Shown: positions 41,282-56,795 of the stretch, piece by piece
Numbering within the stretch: position 1 is the first letter of the stretch
Layout of the letters: each line of letters begins with the position of its first letter
From: Yuukianura sp. NJ FZ-2021
Taxonomy: Eukaryota
NCBI GenBank assembly: GCA_046563655.1
Contig: CM102284.1
Location: forward strand, 2,666,001-2,730,000
DNA length: 64,000 bases
Direction of reading: 5' to 3'
Translations under genes and position numbers: made by a program
The notes under the pieces: generated by a model
Databases searched by the model: none
Seen by the model: the letters and a program-made list of their open reading frames with translations, nothing else
What the model was told of the DNA's origin: nothing

Positions 41282-43187
41282 CTGTAAACACCTAAACACC
41301 AAACAACAAAACCTAAACACCAAAGCTTTGTGGCAACTAAAAAGACTGGTTATTCATAAGTTGTTAACGTCAGTATTAAAGTTGAATTCTGCACAGCCAT
41401 AATAGTTGGAAAACTCGTATTCCACCAGAATTATATGACACTCGCGAAATTCCACGTCAATGTGCTCCAGAAACAAAGAATGAAGCAAAATGAAACGAAA
41501 AGAATGCAACAGAAAAAGTACACAAAATGTGTTTCTGGTGCCCGTATTTCATTTCAATAACAGGGTAGGGCGTGGCAAGTAAAAATAAACACTGGAAAAA
41601 TAATTTTTTAGTTTATTTGAGGAATTTTGGAGGTGGAAGGGTGGAAATGTAGAAAAATAAGAGTTAATTCTGATCGTTTCCAAAAAGCGTAAACTTGATC
41701 ATTGTTTGGTGCTATAATCTCCTACATCGTTTATAGTTTTGGGACATATTGCACATAGCAGCGAATTTCAAGCGTTTACTTATTGGACGTACTACGCCCT
41801 ACACGTAATTAGCGCATGGCGAAACACCGAAAGTAAACGAGAAATCGGTGATTTGATTACTAAGTAAGAAATTACTTCGAAGTCTAGAATTGCATAGGGA
41901 TAAAATATACGGATAGAGGAATAAGAACAAATAAATAAATATGAAATACACAATTATGATTCATGGCTATCTTAAGCTGTTGTGTTTAGACTGTGGGAAA
42001 CTCTGCATGGCGTAATTTAAGCTTGAATCAGAAACTGAAAGGCAAGGAAAATGGAAATTAAAGTAAAAAAAAAAAAAAAAGACTGGAAAGCAGCGGCTGT
42101 ACAGAACACAGTTCCCCCTTCCAGAAACTAATCGTGCTCATGTCGGGCAGAGATAAGGCGAAGTGTGAGTGCTTGTTCCGTCACATTTAGATTTGGTAGA
42201 CGACATATATGCATGGAGTTGGATTTAATTACAGTTAATTGTTAATTACTCAATGATTTAGTATACTTTCAAATTGGAATTGGAAACATGATTACTCCAC
42301 ACTTCTGTGCATATTTTCCAGTTCGGATAAACCGAAGCATTCTAAGAACAACAAAGGCGGAGTAAATCGGAGAAGTCAGAGGATTAGTAGGTCTGCCTTC
42401 TGAAATTACAGACACAACGGGTACTATCCGCCTTACTTCAGCCAGCTAGTCTCGGTCTCAAAGAAAAGGCGAGTCTAGGTCTCTAGGTTTAACGTAGAAA
42501 ATCACCTCTTACCTCACCTCGCTCACTTTCGTCTCTCCGTCATTAACATTTTTGTAGTAATTTTAACTTTAAACTTCTTCGGATCAACGTTGAAGATTAT
42601 TCTACGGGTAAGTTTCTCGTTAATAGCACGATCGTGACCTAAGGTCACAGCCCAACAATACTTGTTGTTCGGAGGAGAGGGGATATAGCTTTTAGCAATA
42701 CTACAAGACCCTAAAGGAAACGAATGGGAAGGGAAGTGCATGGGAGAGCGACACGAGATGTATGTTTTTTCATAAGGGTCGAGGAAAAGCGAACTATTAA
42801 TTGATTAACCAAGGTCTAAAGTAGCTTGTAAAAATGTTTGACTTGTTTAACTTTAGACGGCTAACTTATTCGTCCACTACTGCATCGTGTCAAGGCTGAG
42901 AGATGGGTTAGGGTGAATGGTCCTTGCAGAGTACAGACTCAAGAATATCTTGAATTGAAGATGGAATGTATCGGCATAGCAACCACCCTTCATTGTTTGC
43001 TTTTCAAGTTTATGTGAAGTTTACCATTAATTGCGCGATTTGAATGGTTTATTTCCTAGGCAACAATAACGATTCTAAATCAAACTAACCGCAGACTCCA
43101 AACATGCTCGAAAAATGTCGCCCACTTTGTGTGGTTAGGCTGGATTTTTTTTTGTAAGAATCGAATTCTTATTTGGTTTGTTGCAGA

Positions 43188-44379
43188 ATGGCTCCTCCAA
43201 CATATGCTGACTTGGGCAAGGCTGCTCGTGACGTCTTCAGTAAGGGTTACCACTTCGGAATCTTCAAGCTCGATTGCAAGTCCACAACGAGCGGCGGAGT
43301 AGAAATTAACTCCGGAGGAGTCCACACCCTTGACGAAGGAAAGGTCTCCGGTTCCCTTGAAACCAAATACAAGGTTCCCAGTTATGGTAAGACAACCGAT
43401 GCTGTGATGAAGGCTTTCAAATTGTAAGTATTATTGCTGTTAAACCAACTGTAAATAAATTCATATTTCCCAGGATTGACCTTTACTGAGAAGTGGAGCA
43501 CCGATAACAACTTGTTCACGGAACTTGCTTGTCAAGACAAAATTGCTCCAGGAGTCAAGGCTGTTCTCGAAGCCAATTTCAATCCAGATTCTGGGTAAGT
43601 TGGCTATTTGAAGAACGATCATCCTCCTCCCAAAAGATTTCGCAGAAAAACTGACTAAATTGAATCGTTGATCTTGCAGAAAGAAGGATGGAAAGTTCAA
43701 GGCGCAATACAAGGCACTGAATGCGACTGTTGATGGCATTTTCTCCGGAGGTGATGAAGCCAACGTCCTTGTCAACGGTTCCATCGTTTTGGGCTACCAG
43801 GTCGGTTGGAATGAGCTAATCGGATGGGAAACATGTCTTGCATACCCATTTCATTTGTCTATTCTTTTTCAGGGCTGGCTTGGTGGTTATTTGGTCGAGT
43901 ACGATACCAATGAAGGGAATTTGAAGAAGAACAACTTCACTCTTGGCTATTGCTCCGGAGACTTCCAAATTCACGGAAACGTGGACAACGGTCAGCAATT
44001 CGGGGGAAACTTGTACCAGCGCGTCAGCAACCGCCTTGAGACAGGTATGCCAACTTCTCCATCTCAGCATTGTGCTATACAGGCCTATTTATGCAGAAAG
44101 TGACTTCTGTGATCCTCACATTTCTTTATGCTTTTAGGTGTTCAATTGGGATGGAACGCCGGAGAGGAGAACTCAACTCGATTCGGAATTGGTGCACGAT
44201 ACCTGCTGGATGCCAGTTCTGCCATTCGAGCCAAAGTAAATAATCAGTCTCAAGTTGGACTTGCCTTTGAGCAGAAGGTTAAGGATGGAGTCACTCTAAC
44301 TTTGTCGGCTATGGTCAATGGAAAGGATTTGCAAAGTGGAGGTCATCAGATTGGCTTAGCACTTGAGCTAGAGCCTTGA
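43188..44379 (+). CDS. VDAC: Voltage-dependent anion channel (mitochondrial porin), 5 coding exons
   Basis: MAPPTYADLGKAARDVFSKGYHFG, GKVSGSLETKYK, GLTFTEKW.TDN, GYQGWLGGY, RAKVNNQSQVGL, GGHQIGLALELEP. Confidence 0.97.
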
Positions 44380-45175
44380 ACCAGCTGACGTCAACGAGTC
44401 AACTTACACGAAAAAATAGTTATCTGTCTGTTAATTCCAAATTCTTTGTGACCAGTTAATAATTTGAAGCTGAGGAGAGCAAAGCACACCGTAGACAATT
44501 TAACAAAAAGTATCAAAAATTACTAAAATGTTAGTAATTAAAAGTCAGCGATTAGCGAGTTCATACAATTCTTCGAGTCAACGTGTTTTTTTTCTCTTGC
44601 AATTTTTAGTTCAATCTTCCTGGCCTTGGTTAATGGTTAGCTTTTGGATTTTCCAAATGAAAATACTAGACTGAGATACTCCGCACTTCATTGCCTTAAC
44701 TGCACTGGTTAGAATTGCTACTTGCTTGAGTTTAATAAAAACTCCAACTCCTAGACGATAGACTAATTGATTAAATTGATTAATCGTGATAGTATGCTGC
44801 TAATTAATTACAATTTTAAAGACTGCATCAGTTCGATAATTTTGAAATTTATTGAACAGACGAACTTTAGTAGGTGCTGGATGGCGACATTTGATTGAAC
44901 AGCGGTTATTATCTGTTCTCTATCGACCAATTGCCCGAATCTGCACAAAACACAGTTGATGAAGAGACCTACTGACTAATAGTAATACTCAGAGGTGAAT
45001 TATTTCGACTTTCTTCTTTTTCTTGTACTAATACAATTTGGATCGCGGGGAAGTACAATTTTTAAGTGTGAATGCTATAGAGAAACTCAATATGTCCATG
45101 GTAACTGATCTGTCAATTTAAAGAAAAGTCAGGGGATTCTCATCGTTGGGATATTGCTGGAGCGACAGACGGATT

Positions 45176-48100
45176 TTATGCGAAAGCATCTTGAAACAAG
45201 TTGTTCTGCTCCTTGAGGTGAATATGCTTGGAGCCCGTGGCAGTCGAAGCTGCAGTGTTTCTTCCAGCGTATCTGTAAAAGAAATGAATTCAATTTAAGC
45301 CATTTAATGCCATGCCACCGTCTTCAAAAGCTGTCTTCCAAGACAGAACTTTTACTATATGAACTTACTTGATTTCCCGTCCTAATAAGTTAGTCATTCT
45401 GGGTTTAACGTATGTCCAAGCTCCACTGTTCTTATGCTCCTCTTGAACCCAATAGATCTGAGCATTTGGATACCTAAAAAATCGGAATTAGAAATGAATA
45501 GTTAAGTCTGCCATCTTTTGTGAATTGTTCCACGGTTACGCTTACTTTTCAACTTCTGCTTTGACCAAATCGTAGGGAAACGGTGAAATCTGTTCAACTC
45601 GTGCAATGCCCACTTCATTTTCCAATTCTCGTTCTGCCCGAGCCTTCTTCAGGTCATAATAGACCTACAAGTATTGGATATAATAAGAAAATACGAAACT
45701 TGAGCAATCTCATACATAATGCTTAAATTATCTGAACTGGCGATGTGAATACCTTCCCACTACAGAAAATGAGTTTCCTCATTCCGCTGTTCCCGTTCGC
45801 TTCGGGAATAACACGGAGGAACTCAGTTCCTTGAATCATCTCATCAAAGCTAGACTTGGCTTCGGGGTGTCGGAGAAGCGATTTCGGAGTCATCAGAACA
45901 AGTGGTTTTCTGAACGGAAGTGCAATCTGTCTGCGGAGGATGTGAAAGTAGTTGGCTGGTGTACTACAATTGGCAACCTAAACAAGCATGACGGACAATC
46001 AAACAATTAAGACATTCAAGCTTCCAATGTGTTTGGATTGGTTTGTTACAGAAATAGCAAGAAAGTCAAACACTTACAATCCAGTTGATGTCATGAAGCT
46101 GTTTGATGGGATTGTCAGACTCGGCGATCGTGTCAGCATCATCCGAGCACATCTGGAGAAATCTGTCGTTTTGAACAAAACAGAAAACGTCAGACTGGGA
46201 TTAATTTAAGTCACATTAATTGATAAACGTTACCTCTCAAGTCGAGCGCTCGAGTGTTCAGGACCCATCCCTTCCATTCCATGCGGGAGGAGCAAGACAA
46301 GACCACTTTGTCGGATCCATTTTGCTTGTCCAGAGCTGATGAACTGATCAATAATAGTTTGAGCCGTGTTGAAGAAATCGCCGAATTGTGCTTCCCATAA
46401 AACTAAAGCGTTTGGATTGGTCATTGAATAGCCCAGCTCGAAACCTGTATGAAAAAAGTAAAACACAAAATTATTAGTGCACAACAATGGCTCGACAGGC
46501 AGAGCTTAAGTTACGAAATTCATCTAAACGTATTTAATAAACCAACCTAAGACTCCAAACTCGCTCAAACTCGAATTGCAGACAGTATACGGTGCTTGAT
46601 CCGGATACAAATTACAAAGTGGACGATAGGTGGCTTTGTCTACGTTTTGGTGATGAAGGACGTGATGACGATGAGAGAACGTTCCTCGCTCCACGTCCTG
46701 ACCACTAAGTCTCACATGAATCCCTTCCTTCAATAACGAACCAAATGCCATAGCTTCTCCGAGGGCCCAGTCCACGACTCTGTTCTCTACCATTTCCATT
46801 CTCGACTTCAGAATTCTTTCAAGTCCCTTATGAATAACAAATTCAGCGGCATTCGGAGGTGGCAAAGAGAATCTAAACGAGTTCAAACGAAATATTAAGT
46901 AAGATTTGATCAAGGCATTGCATTTACACAAGTTTATAGAGACGGAGCTTTACCTTTTGCCAATATGAACGAGTGTTTCCTCGTGAACTCCGGTCGGACT
47001 AACGAACATGGGATCCTTCCCTTCGAAAAACCCGCTCCATGGAGAATCCAACCAGTCCTTATACTTTATCGAGGTTACTTGCTTGGCCGCGATATAAGCT
47101 TCCTCACAAATCCGTTCATACTTCTCTTTTACTTCTTTCACCTCATCGTCCGTCACAACTCCTAAAAATAGTACGAAATCATCGGTTGTAAGTGTTATAA
47201 ATCTGAAAAGTCTTGCACAAGTACACACTGTTAAACTTGAAATTGCAATTGACTTTTGACTTCAACAATGGAAACTTTCTAAGTCAAAGATGATTGTATT
47301 TTCTTAACGTTCTACAATAGCGTACCTTCCCCAATCAATTTGTCAGCGTATTTGTCCAAAACGTTCTTCGTGCTACGGATTTTTCGATACATGAGAGGTT
47401 GAGTGAACATTGGCTCATCAATTTCGTTATGTCCATTTCTTCGGTAGCAAACAAGGTCAATTACAACGTCCTTGTGAAAAGTAGATCTCCATTCTGCAGC
47501 AATGTTACAGACGTGCATAACAGCCTCAGCATCATCCGCATTCACATGAAAAATTGGAGCATTGACGACTCTGGCCACGTCTAAAAATGAGGAATTCGGA
47601 TATAATTGACAGTCAATTATTCAAGACATGAGAGGTTTAGAATTGCCGTCCTACCAGTGCAGTAAGGGCTGCTTCTGCTGTGTCTGGGATCCGTCGTAAA
47701 TCCAATTTGATTGTTCACCACAATGTGAACGGTACCATGTGTAGTGTAGTCAGGTAGGTCGCTCAAGTGAAATGTTTCGAAAACAATTCCTTGTCCGCAG
47801 AACGCAGCGTCGCCGTGAAGCAGTATTGACATAACCTTCTTTCCTTCGTTGTCACCACGGTAGAATTGCTCAGCACGAGTCTTTCCTTGCACTACAGGGT
47901 CTACGGCCTCTGCAAACCAAAATTATCCAAAGTTGAATATACACATAACCATAAAGAAGTTTCCTGTAGCAGCGCAATAAAAAGTTGAAGATGAGTTCAA
48001 TTACCTAAATGGCTAGGATTTGCCACAACTGCGAGTCGAATGTTTTTGTTCGTTACTCGATTCAGTCTCTCAATATAAGTTCCCAAGTGGTATTTCACAT

Positions 48101-50925
48101 CGCCTATTCGAAACAGATCGGAAAATTGTACAACCAATTCATGCAACATCGTTAAAGCCCATTCAGTGGTACTGTTAACTGATGTGGAACTTACCACTGC
48201 CATCATCCGTCACCTCCAAAGCGGCAAACTGACTAAAGATTTGCTCTAACGGCTTTCGGCACACATTTGCAAGAACATTGAGTCTTCCACGATGTGGCAT
48301 TCCCATAATTACAGATTCGACTCCAAATTCAGTAGACTTGTCGATAACTTGCTTCATCGCTGGAATCAACATCTCACACCCCTCGAGTCCAAACCTAGAT
48401 TAACATAATTTTTTTAAATGCAGATTATAGGCGTTTTTAGACTTAATTTCCAAATCTATTGAATTAACATGTTGCCCAACCGTTTTTCACTGGACCACTT
48501 TCGAGCCAAAAAGGACTCCAATCCTGCCGATCTGCTCAATCGGGCCAAAATCAGCCGTTTCGTTTCGACGTCAAAGTGCTTCACTCCGGGAGGTTCCAGT
48601 CGTTGACGAATCCAATTGCATTGCTCCAAGCTATTGATAAACATAAATTCACATCCGATGCTACGACAGTATGCATCTTCGAGACGGGAGAGGATTTCAC
48701 GCAGTGGCAACCGCTTCTCCTTGCCTCCGATGAACGTTGTTGCGGGAAGCTTGAAGATTCGGTCCATGTCTTTCTCCTCTGCGAATAATTCAATATAGTA
48801 TTTATTATTCAAGTCTTTAAATCAAATTTTAAAAAAAGCTAAACCGCTTCACTACGCATGCGCATTTAAACAACTAAAAACGACGAAATCAAAAGTTAAA
48901 CCAAGCAAGAGCATTTCAAACAGCTATTGCAAAAACAAAATAAAGTGTCGATTGGGTAGATTACTGGCGCGTTACCAAATGAGTAACTCTTGTAGATGAG
49001 TTCCATAGGCGTGGAATCGTCTAAATCCGCACTTTGAATACCTAGGGGGTCCAAGTCGGCGATGTTATGACCACGTATCTAAGATCAAGAAAACTATCGC
49101 ACTTAAAAACCAGTCAACGATTACTACGATTATCGCATTATCATGATTCTTTTTCAAATTTGAATTTCATGTTTAGTGTGATTAGTGTAAGAAATGCGCA
49201 TACGCAGTTGAAGCAAAAGCAAAATTGATTAGGCACAACCCCATCTCGTTCAAAAGGTCAACTTAAAGCATTACCCAAATGCCTTCGAAATACAAGTTCC
49301 TTCTTGGCATCCTTCACTTCTGAATGGAGATCGGCATAATTAATGTCCAGAGGATCCAATTTAGCCACATGATGACCCCGACTCTACAAAGGCAGTTTCC
49401 GGATGTACAAATACTCATTGCCAGTAACGTAATATGAATGACGACAATTTTAGCCAACGTGTTGCAGGAGTTGGAGCCAACTGTGCTGGAACAAGTTACT
49501 ACCAGTAATGTGTGAAAATATTCGTTGAACAAAGCAAACCAAGTTAAAGTATTGCTACCCCCATTGGCAAGCGAGGAGTTTTGCAAATAGGATTAATAAA
49601 TTATTTTACTTTATTTATTTATAATATCGTCAGTTTGAAATGTTGATCTCGCATGCAATTGCAATTCGGATTGGAATCGGGAATAGGATATCAGTTCCTC
49701 CTTTAAAGATAAATTAAAGTGCAATGTGTAGCGAGTTCAGAGAAAGCGAACCGTAGGATTAAGGACAAACTGGCTCCAACTTCTGCGATGAATTTTAACG
49801 ACGAACGTTTCACCAGTTCGTGGTGTCACGTTTTAAGACAACGTAGTATACAGCACACCCACAATCGAACGTATTATGGAAATAGTATTTCCTCCGTTCT
49901 TATCATCGACCATGAATTCCCAAGCTTAATGAACTGAAGAATACAACCTTTCCTGCGCATGTAAATCCGAGTGTAGACATTATTAGTGCAATGCAATCTA
50001 ACCAACTTAATTACAGTAAGCAGCGTGCCCGCGATTCAATAATTTAAACAAACGACACAACAGCCTAGCGTGAAGAGCCGAAATGCTGTGTAGCAGTGAG
50101 TGCAAAGTACTGATAAACAGGGTTACTTGACTCTCAATGCCCAGTTCGTTCATCGCCAGCTTTAACCAATGTTTAGTACAATGTTTAAACTATTAGGTTA
50201 GTCAACGTAAAATAAACGCTTCGCACCGAAGCGTTCGGTCAAAGCGTTGGTGGTGTGCAACACTGCGCCTGTTTAAACTCTGCAGGTGATTGATTTGATT
50301 ACCCTCAACTTAATTGGCGTGAAAGGGAGAAGAACTGGACATTCGAGTCTTTTTTATGCTAACTTAGTATGCGTTCCCCGTAGACATACCTGATACGACC
50401 GGATAATTGCTTGAACAGCAAGGTGATCATCGATTAACTGCTCGTCTACAGCGGGAGACATGGCCGGAACTCCTGCAAACGCCGGCACGAGACTTGACAC
50501 TGGTAGAGTATTTCGCGGCGGTAACGTCAAAGATGGAGGAGGAACGTAGGCTGTACCAGGGGCCGCCCCTGTGGATGAGTTTCGGAAGAACGCATCCCAA
50601 GACTGTCAAACAAACATTAGAACGGTGTTCACTACTTAGCTATAAACAGGGTCGGAAAATCTTCAAGTTATTGGTATCGTTAACTCACAGCATGGACTGA
50701 CTTTGGATCTTGAAGCCATGAATTGTACATCTCCTCAACGTAATTCGATGTGGAACCATTCAGAAATGGCTCTGCTGCCAATGCTTGTGTAGATAAGTTA
50801 CGTTGATCCTTATTCGCCCCAGATTTTGTCGCTGTACTTTCATGTCGAACACTACCAATTCCAATACTCCGTAGTGCTGCCGGAGGCACTAGTGAATGCC
50901 GCAGGAAACTTAACCGGGTGTACAT
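45176..50925 (-). CDS. OGDH: 2-oxoglutarate dehydrogenase E1, mitochondrial, with two mutually exclusive exons
   Basis: [43 protein letters not shown] (TPP motif), [45 protein letters not shown]. Confidence 0.97.
48976..49078 (-). other. OGDH: OGDH mutually exclusive exon B (103 nt)
   Basis: AG/GT-bounded; [34 protein letters not shown]; phase 0 to 1. Confidence 0.88.
49275..49383 (-). other. OGDH: OGDH mutually exclusive exon A (109 nt)
   Basis: AG/GT-bounded; [36 protein letters not shown]; phase 0 to 1. Confidence 0.85.
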
Positions 50926-53524
50926 TATGTCCGATTTTCACCAGCTATTGCGTTGATGCAGTCTGAAAGACCAAAATGAATTAATTCTTTCACGTTTAAT
51001 TTCCTTAAGATTAACTATCCTGTCAAGTCTCGGACTTCGAATAACGCAAATATAGTATGTATTACTATTGGCGAAGAATAGGATGCTTTTCCTTATGGAA
51101 AATTGAATACGACACTCATTGACTCATTAAGGTTTATCACTAGGTAACAAACTTACGTCAACAGTGAACGAACGCCGGCTAAGAGCGCTGGAACTAGCAC
51201 TAGCCCTCCTCGGATTGCTTGGATTATTTAGATATAACAGGTTACGTAGTTCCTAACTTAAGCAAGGATGTGTACTTAAAAAAAACTACAATTTTGTATT
51301 TCTTGCAAACCCCCGAAATAAATTCACAAATAACAGCTGTGATGGGGAAGGGGATGTAGGAATGCAGCCAATTCAAAGACCAAGGCAAGGTCAATCGAGG
51401 TGTACCTAATTCTCTGAAAAGTCTGAAACTGCAGAATATGAGGAAGAGGATCCGATTTGACTGTGAGCCAATTTTTATGCCAGAAAACCGCATCAACTGA
51501 CTAATCCTTCGACGACGCAGACTAGCCTTACCCTAAATAGTAGCTAAGGTTAAGGTTATTCAAGGTTAGGTGATAGATGATGTAAATGTCAATGTGTTCG
51601 TATCATGGGTACATGAATGTGGTTCTTTCATAGGTAATACGTTGCTTTAGTTGGTAGCAAAATGAAAAAAAAACAGCATTTGGAAAAATACCAAAATTGC
51701 CAGAATTTTTTATACCTAGGTAAAATTTTTTGCGAACTGATATCTATTCTACCTAAACATAGTTATGTATTATATTTACAGAAAGCATAAGAAGCAAAAA
51801 AGGCTTAGCTTTGGAAGAAATGAAAACTACACAGCTAAAAATTTGTGTCGCCTTTTTAAAGTGCTTTAAAATTGGAACAGCTTAACTCAAAATCTACATT
51901 GGTTGGCACAGGTCTTCAGGAATTTTAAACGCCACAGTTATTTATAATTTAAAAACGCAGTTAAAAAATATTGGAGTATTACCGGAATAATGCCGAAGAT
52001 GACCGAAGCGTTGTTACACTTTCACACTGGAAATCACGAGTTGTGGGATTCACAACCGGTTTCACTCTATAGATGGGATCAGTGCACAAATAAAACGCAG
52101 TATACAGCACTTGTAATTTTTTTGACTCCCAGTCCCAATCTCTTGCACTTTCCAACCTTCTTGTAAAAATTAACCTAAGTAATATTACTACCTTGCTACT
52201 ATAATGCATTTAGAGTAGCAAAGCCGCAGCCGCAGCTATCAGGCATGGGCGTTCCTACTCCAAGCTTTTCTGTTTTTGTCAAAATTAGTTTTACTCAAAA
52301 CGTCTTTCTCCTTTTGAAACGCCTGAGCTCAAAAATCGCATCGCTAGATCGCAGATTCCACTTCAGCAGAAGATCATCTCGCAGTCGCAGCAAGATAGCG
52401 GACGAGGTTTACAAACGTATCCGTCTCAACAACTGACTAAAGGGTAGAAGGCTTTTTCATCACGATGTGCCCGTCTTGATATGGCTGAAATACTGAGAAA
52501 GTAATACAATAACATTCATTGAAATGAGGCTAAATTAAGCCATTTCCGTTTGTTCGAGCCATTATACTTACCTGAACGTGAAACATCAGAAAGTTGGAAA
52601 TCAATGCATCAACATCAACTTCCGCAAAATATTTCAGGAATACCTGGTGCACTTTGTTCTCTCGAAACCACAAAAGTCCTTAGGGCCCCTCGTCCCTTAA
52701 AGGGGTTACTTTTGGGGCTTTTTCTTAAACTAAACTGAACTTCTTCTTTTTTTTTAGGAGTCCAACAGTACAAATTTCATCGTCTGGCGCTTCCCTTTAA
52801 TGTTTACATAATTTTTATTATTCTCATTACTTTAAGAAGTTATTCGTTAGAGTACTAATAATTCTAACATCATTAGGTCCTAACCATGGACAAACAGGAC
52901 ATGCACAAAGGGCACCAGATCCCTAGCTACTCCCCTCCAACGGGTTTACTATCTGGATGAATGCCAAACATGGTCAAGGTCAACCAACCTCGTCCTTGAG
53001 ATAACATAAAACAAAAGAAACGGAGAAACAAAGTTCATCTTTTCGAGACAAACAACTAAAACGCGACCTACTATTAGGAATAGTGTCACTCACAATAACT
53101 TTTACTACTTTCGGGTTGTGCATGCGCATGCTCACTACTACAGCGGCGTATTACAAGACGACAACAGTGAAAACGTTTTATTTCCCTGAAAATTTTCTGA
53201 CGTCAATAACTTGTAAGTCTTAATGCCTAAGTAATTATTTGTACTTCTCGCGAAGTGTTCGAATTTACACGTTTTCCCAAGGTCTGGTTACTATTAAGAT
53301 AAGCAGTAAAACAAATCGAAACTTCGAAACTAAAACGTTTAAAATCAAAGCTACGAAACCGATTATCATAGATTGCAAATGATTACTGACTACTTTTCCA
53401 CGTCGATGAACACATGCTCGATCATCAGAGAAAACACATTTGCCTAACTCGAGTCGTGCATGCTTTTTTACGACGGAAATTGTGATGCCTATTGATTTAG
53501 ACAAAACAGTACACAGATTCGTCT

Positions 53525-55646
<2,122 letters not shown>

Positions 55647-56795
55647 TTAAAGATCCAATAAAGAATTACTGTCTGAACTGACTTAATTGTCAAATTTTTG
55701 ATTCTTCGGTCGACCTGTCGTTATAATAGAAAGTAATTCCTGATTTCTAATCTTGATCCGAATAGGTGATGGGTGGGATGGGATAGGGGACGTGATGGAT
55801 ATGGTCAAACTGTACGTACCGTATTGGTTGAGCTGAGCATGAGAAATAAGAAAGGCCAAAGCAAAACTAATCCCCTGAAAAACGGGAAACATCCACCCCA
55901 GCGGTAAGAGGTGCGGAACAAATTCCGCAAAACGGAGATGCGATTTTTTAGGATTAACAAATCGTTTTGCATCAACTTTGGGGCATGGATTCCGAATCTG
56001 AAATCCGTTTTTGGCGGATTTGTAACTAGCTAGATTTCTAGCTAGTTATAAAAATAACATTGTCTCTAAACTTCTTACGCGTCTTTACAATGCTATAAAA
56101 GAAGAAGATTTAAGAACTGTATTTGAGGGAAAATTAAAAATGCACTAACGTTTTTGGTATCACCACAAGTAAAAACTTATTTCCCTTTGGATATTTGTGT
56201 TTGATACCTTAATATTATGTTAATACATTTATGTTGGTACTTACATGTCTCTAAACATTTGAAAGCTTTTCTCTTGAACTGCATTAGCGAAAATCGTGTA
56301 GTGCATAAAATCGTAAATTTCTAATTACTCTACCACATCAATTGTTTATTACTTCAGCATAATGTTTTCAACTTTTCAAAGTTTTCAACAATTGTGATAA
56401 GCATTCGTGCTTGGTTAGACTGTAATGTACTTTTTCGAATAAGTACAATTTATTATCTAACAGGCAAAATCCACTTGTAGCTGTTCTAAAATTTCTGGAG
56501 TAAACTTTAGCACTTTCCACAAATAAATACTAGGTAGTTTGTCTTTTATTGTCTTCTCCTTAGCGTTACGGACTTTTTTCATTATTAAAAATTGTTTTGA
56601 TTAACGTAAGTTCCTTGCGTTATATGTGCGTGAGAATGGTTCGCTTCAAGGAAAGGCATGTAATGTAGTATGCCATAATGTGTATTTCAAGCTTAAATTA
56701 ACAAAAAAAAAACTAATTCAGTCAAAAATTCGGATAGACAATATTATATTAACGTTGTACACCAAATATAGTATAACTTTAATAGTAGTAATTAT

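Noticed and set aside
40461-41402. Four similar ORFs on both strands (e.g. FPRWINTGGYNTMQ)
   Set aside because: Artefacts of the palindromic transposon; no coding hallmarks
56023-56048. 12-bp-arm palindrome near the JNK promoter
   Set aside because: Built from CTAG repeats; nothing supports a function
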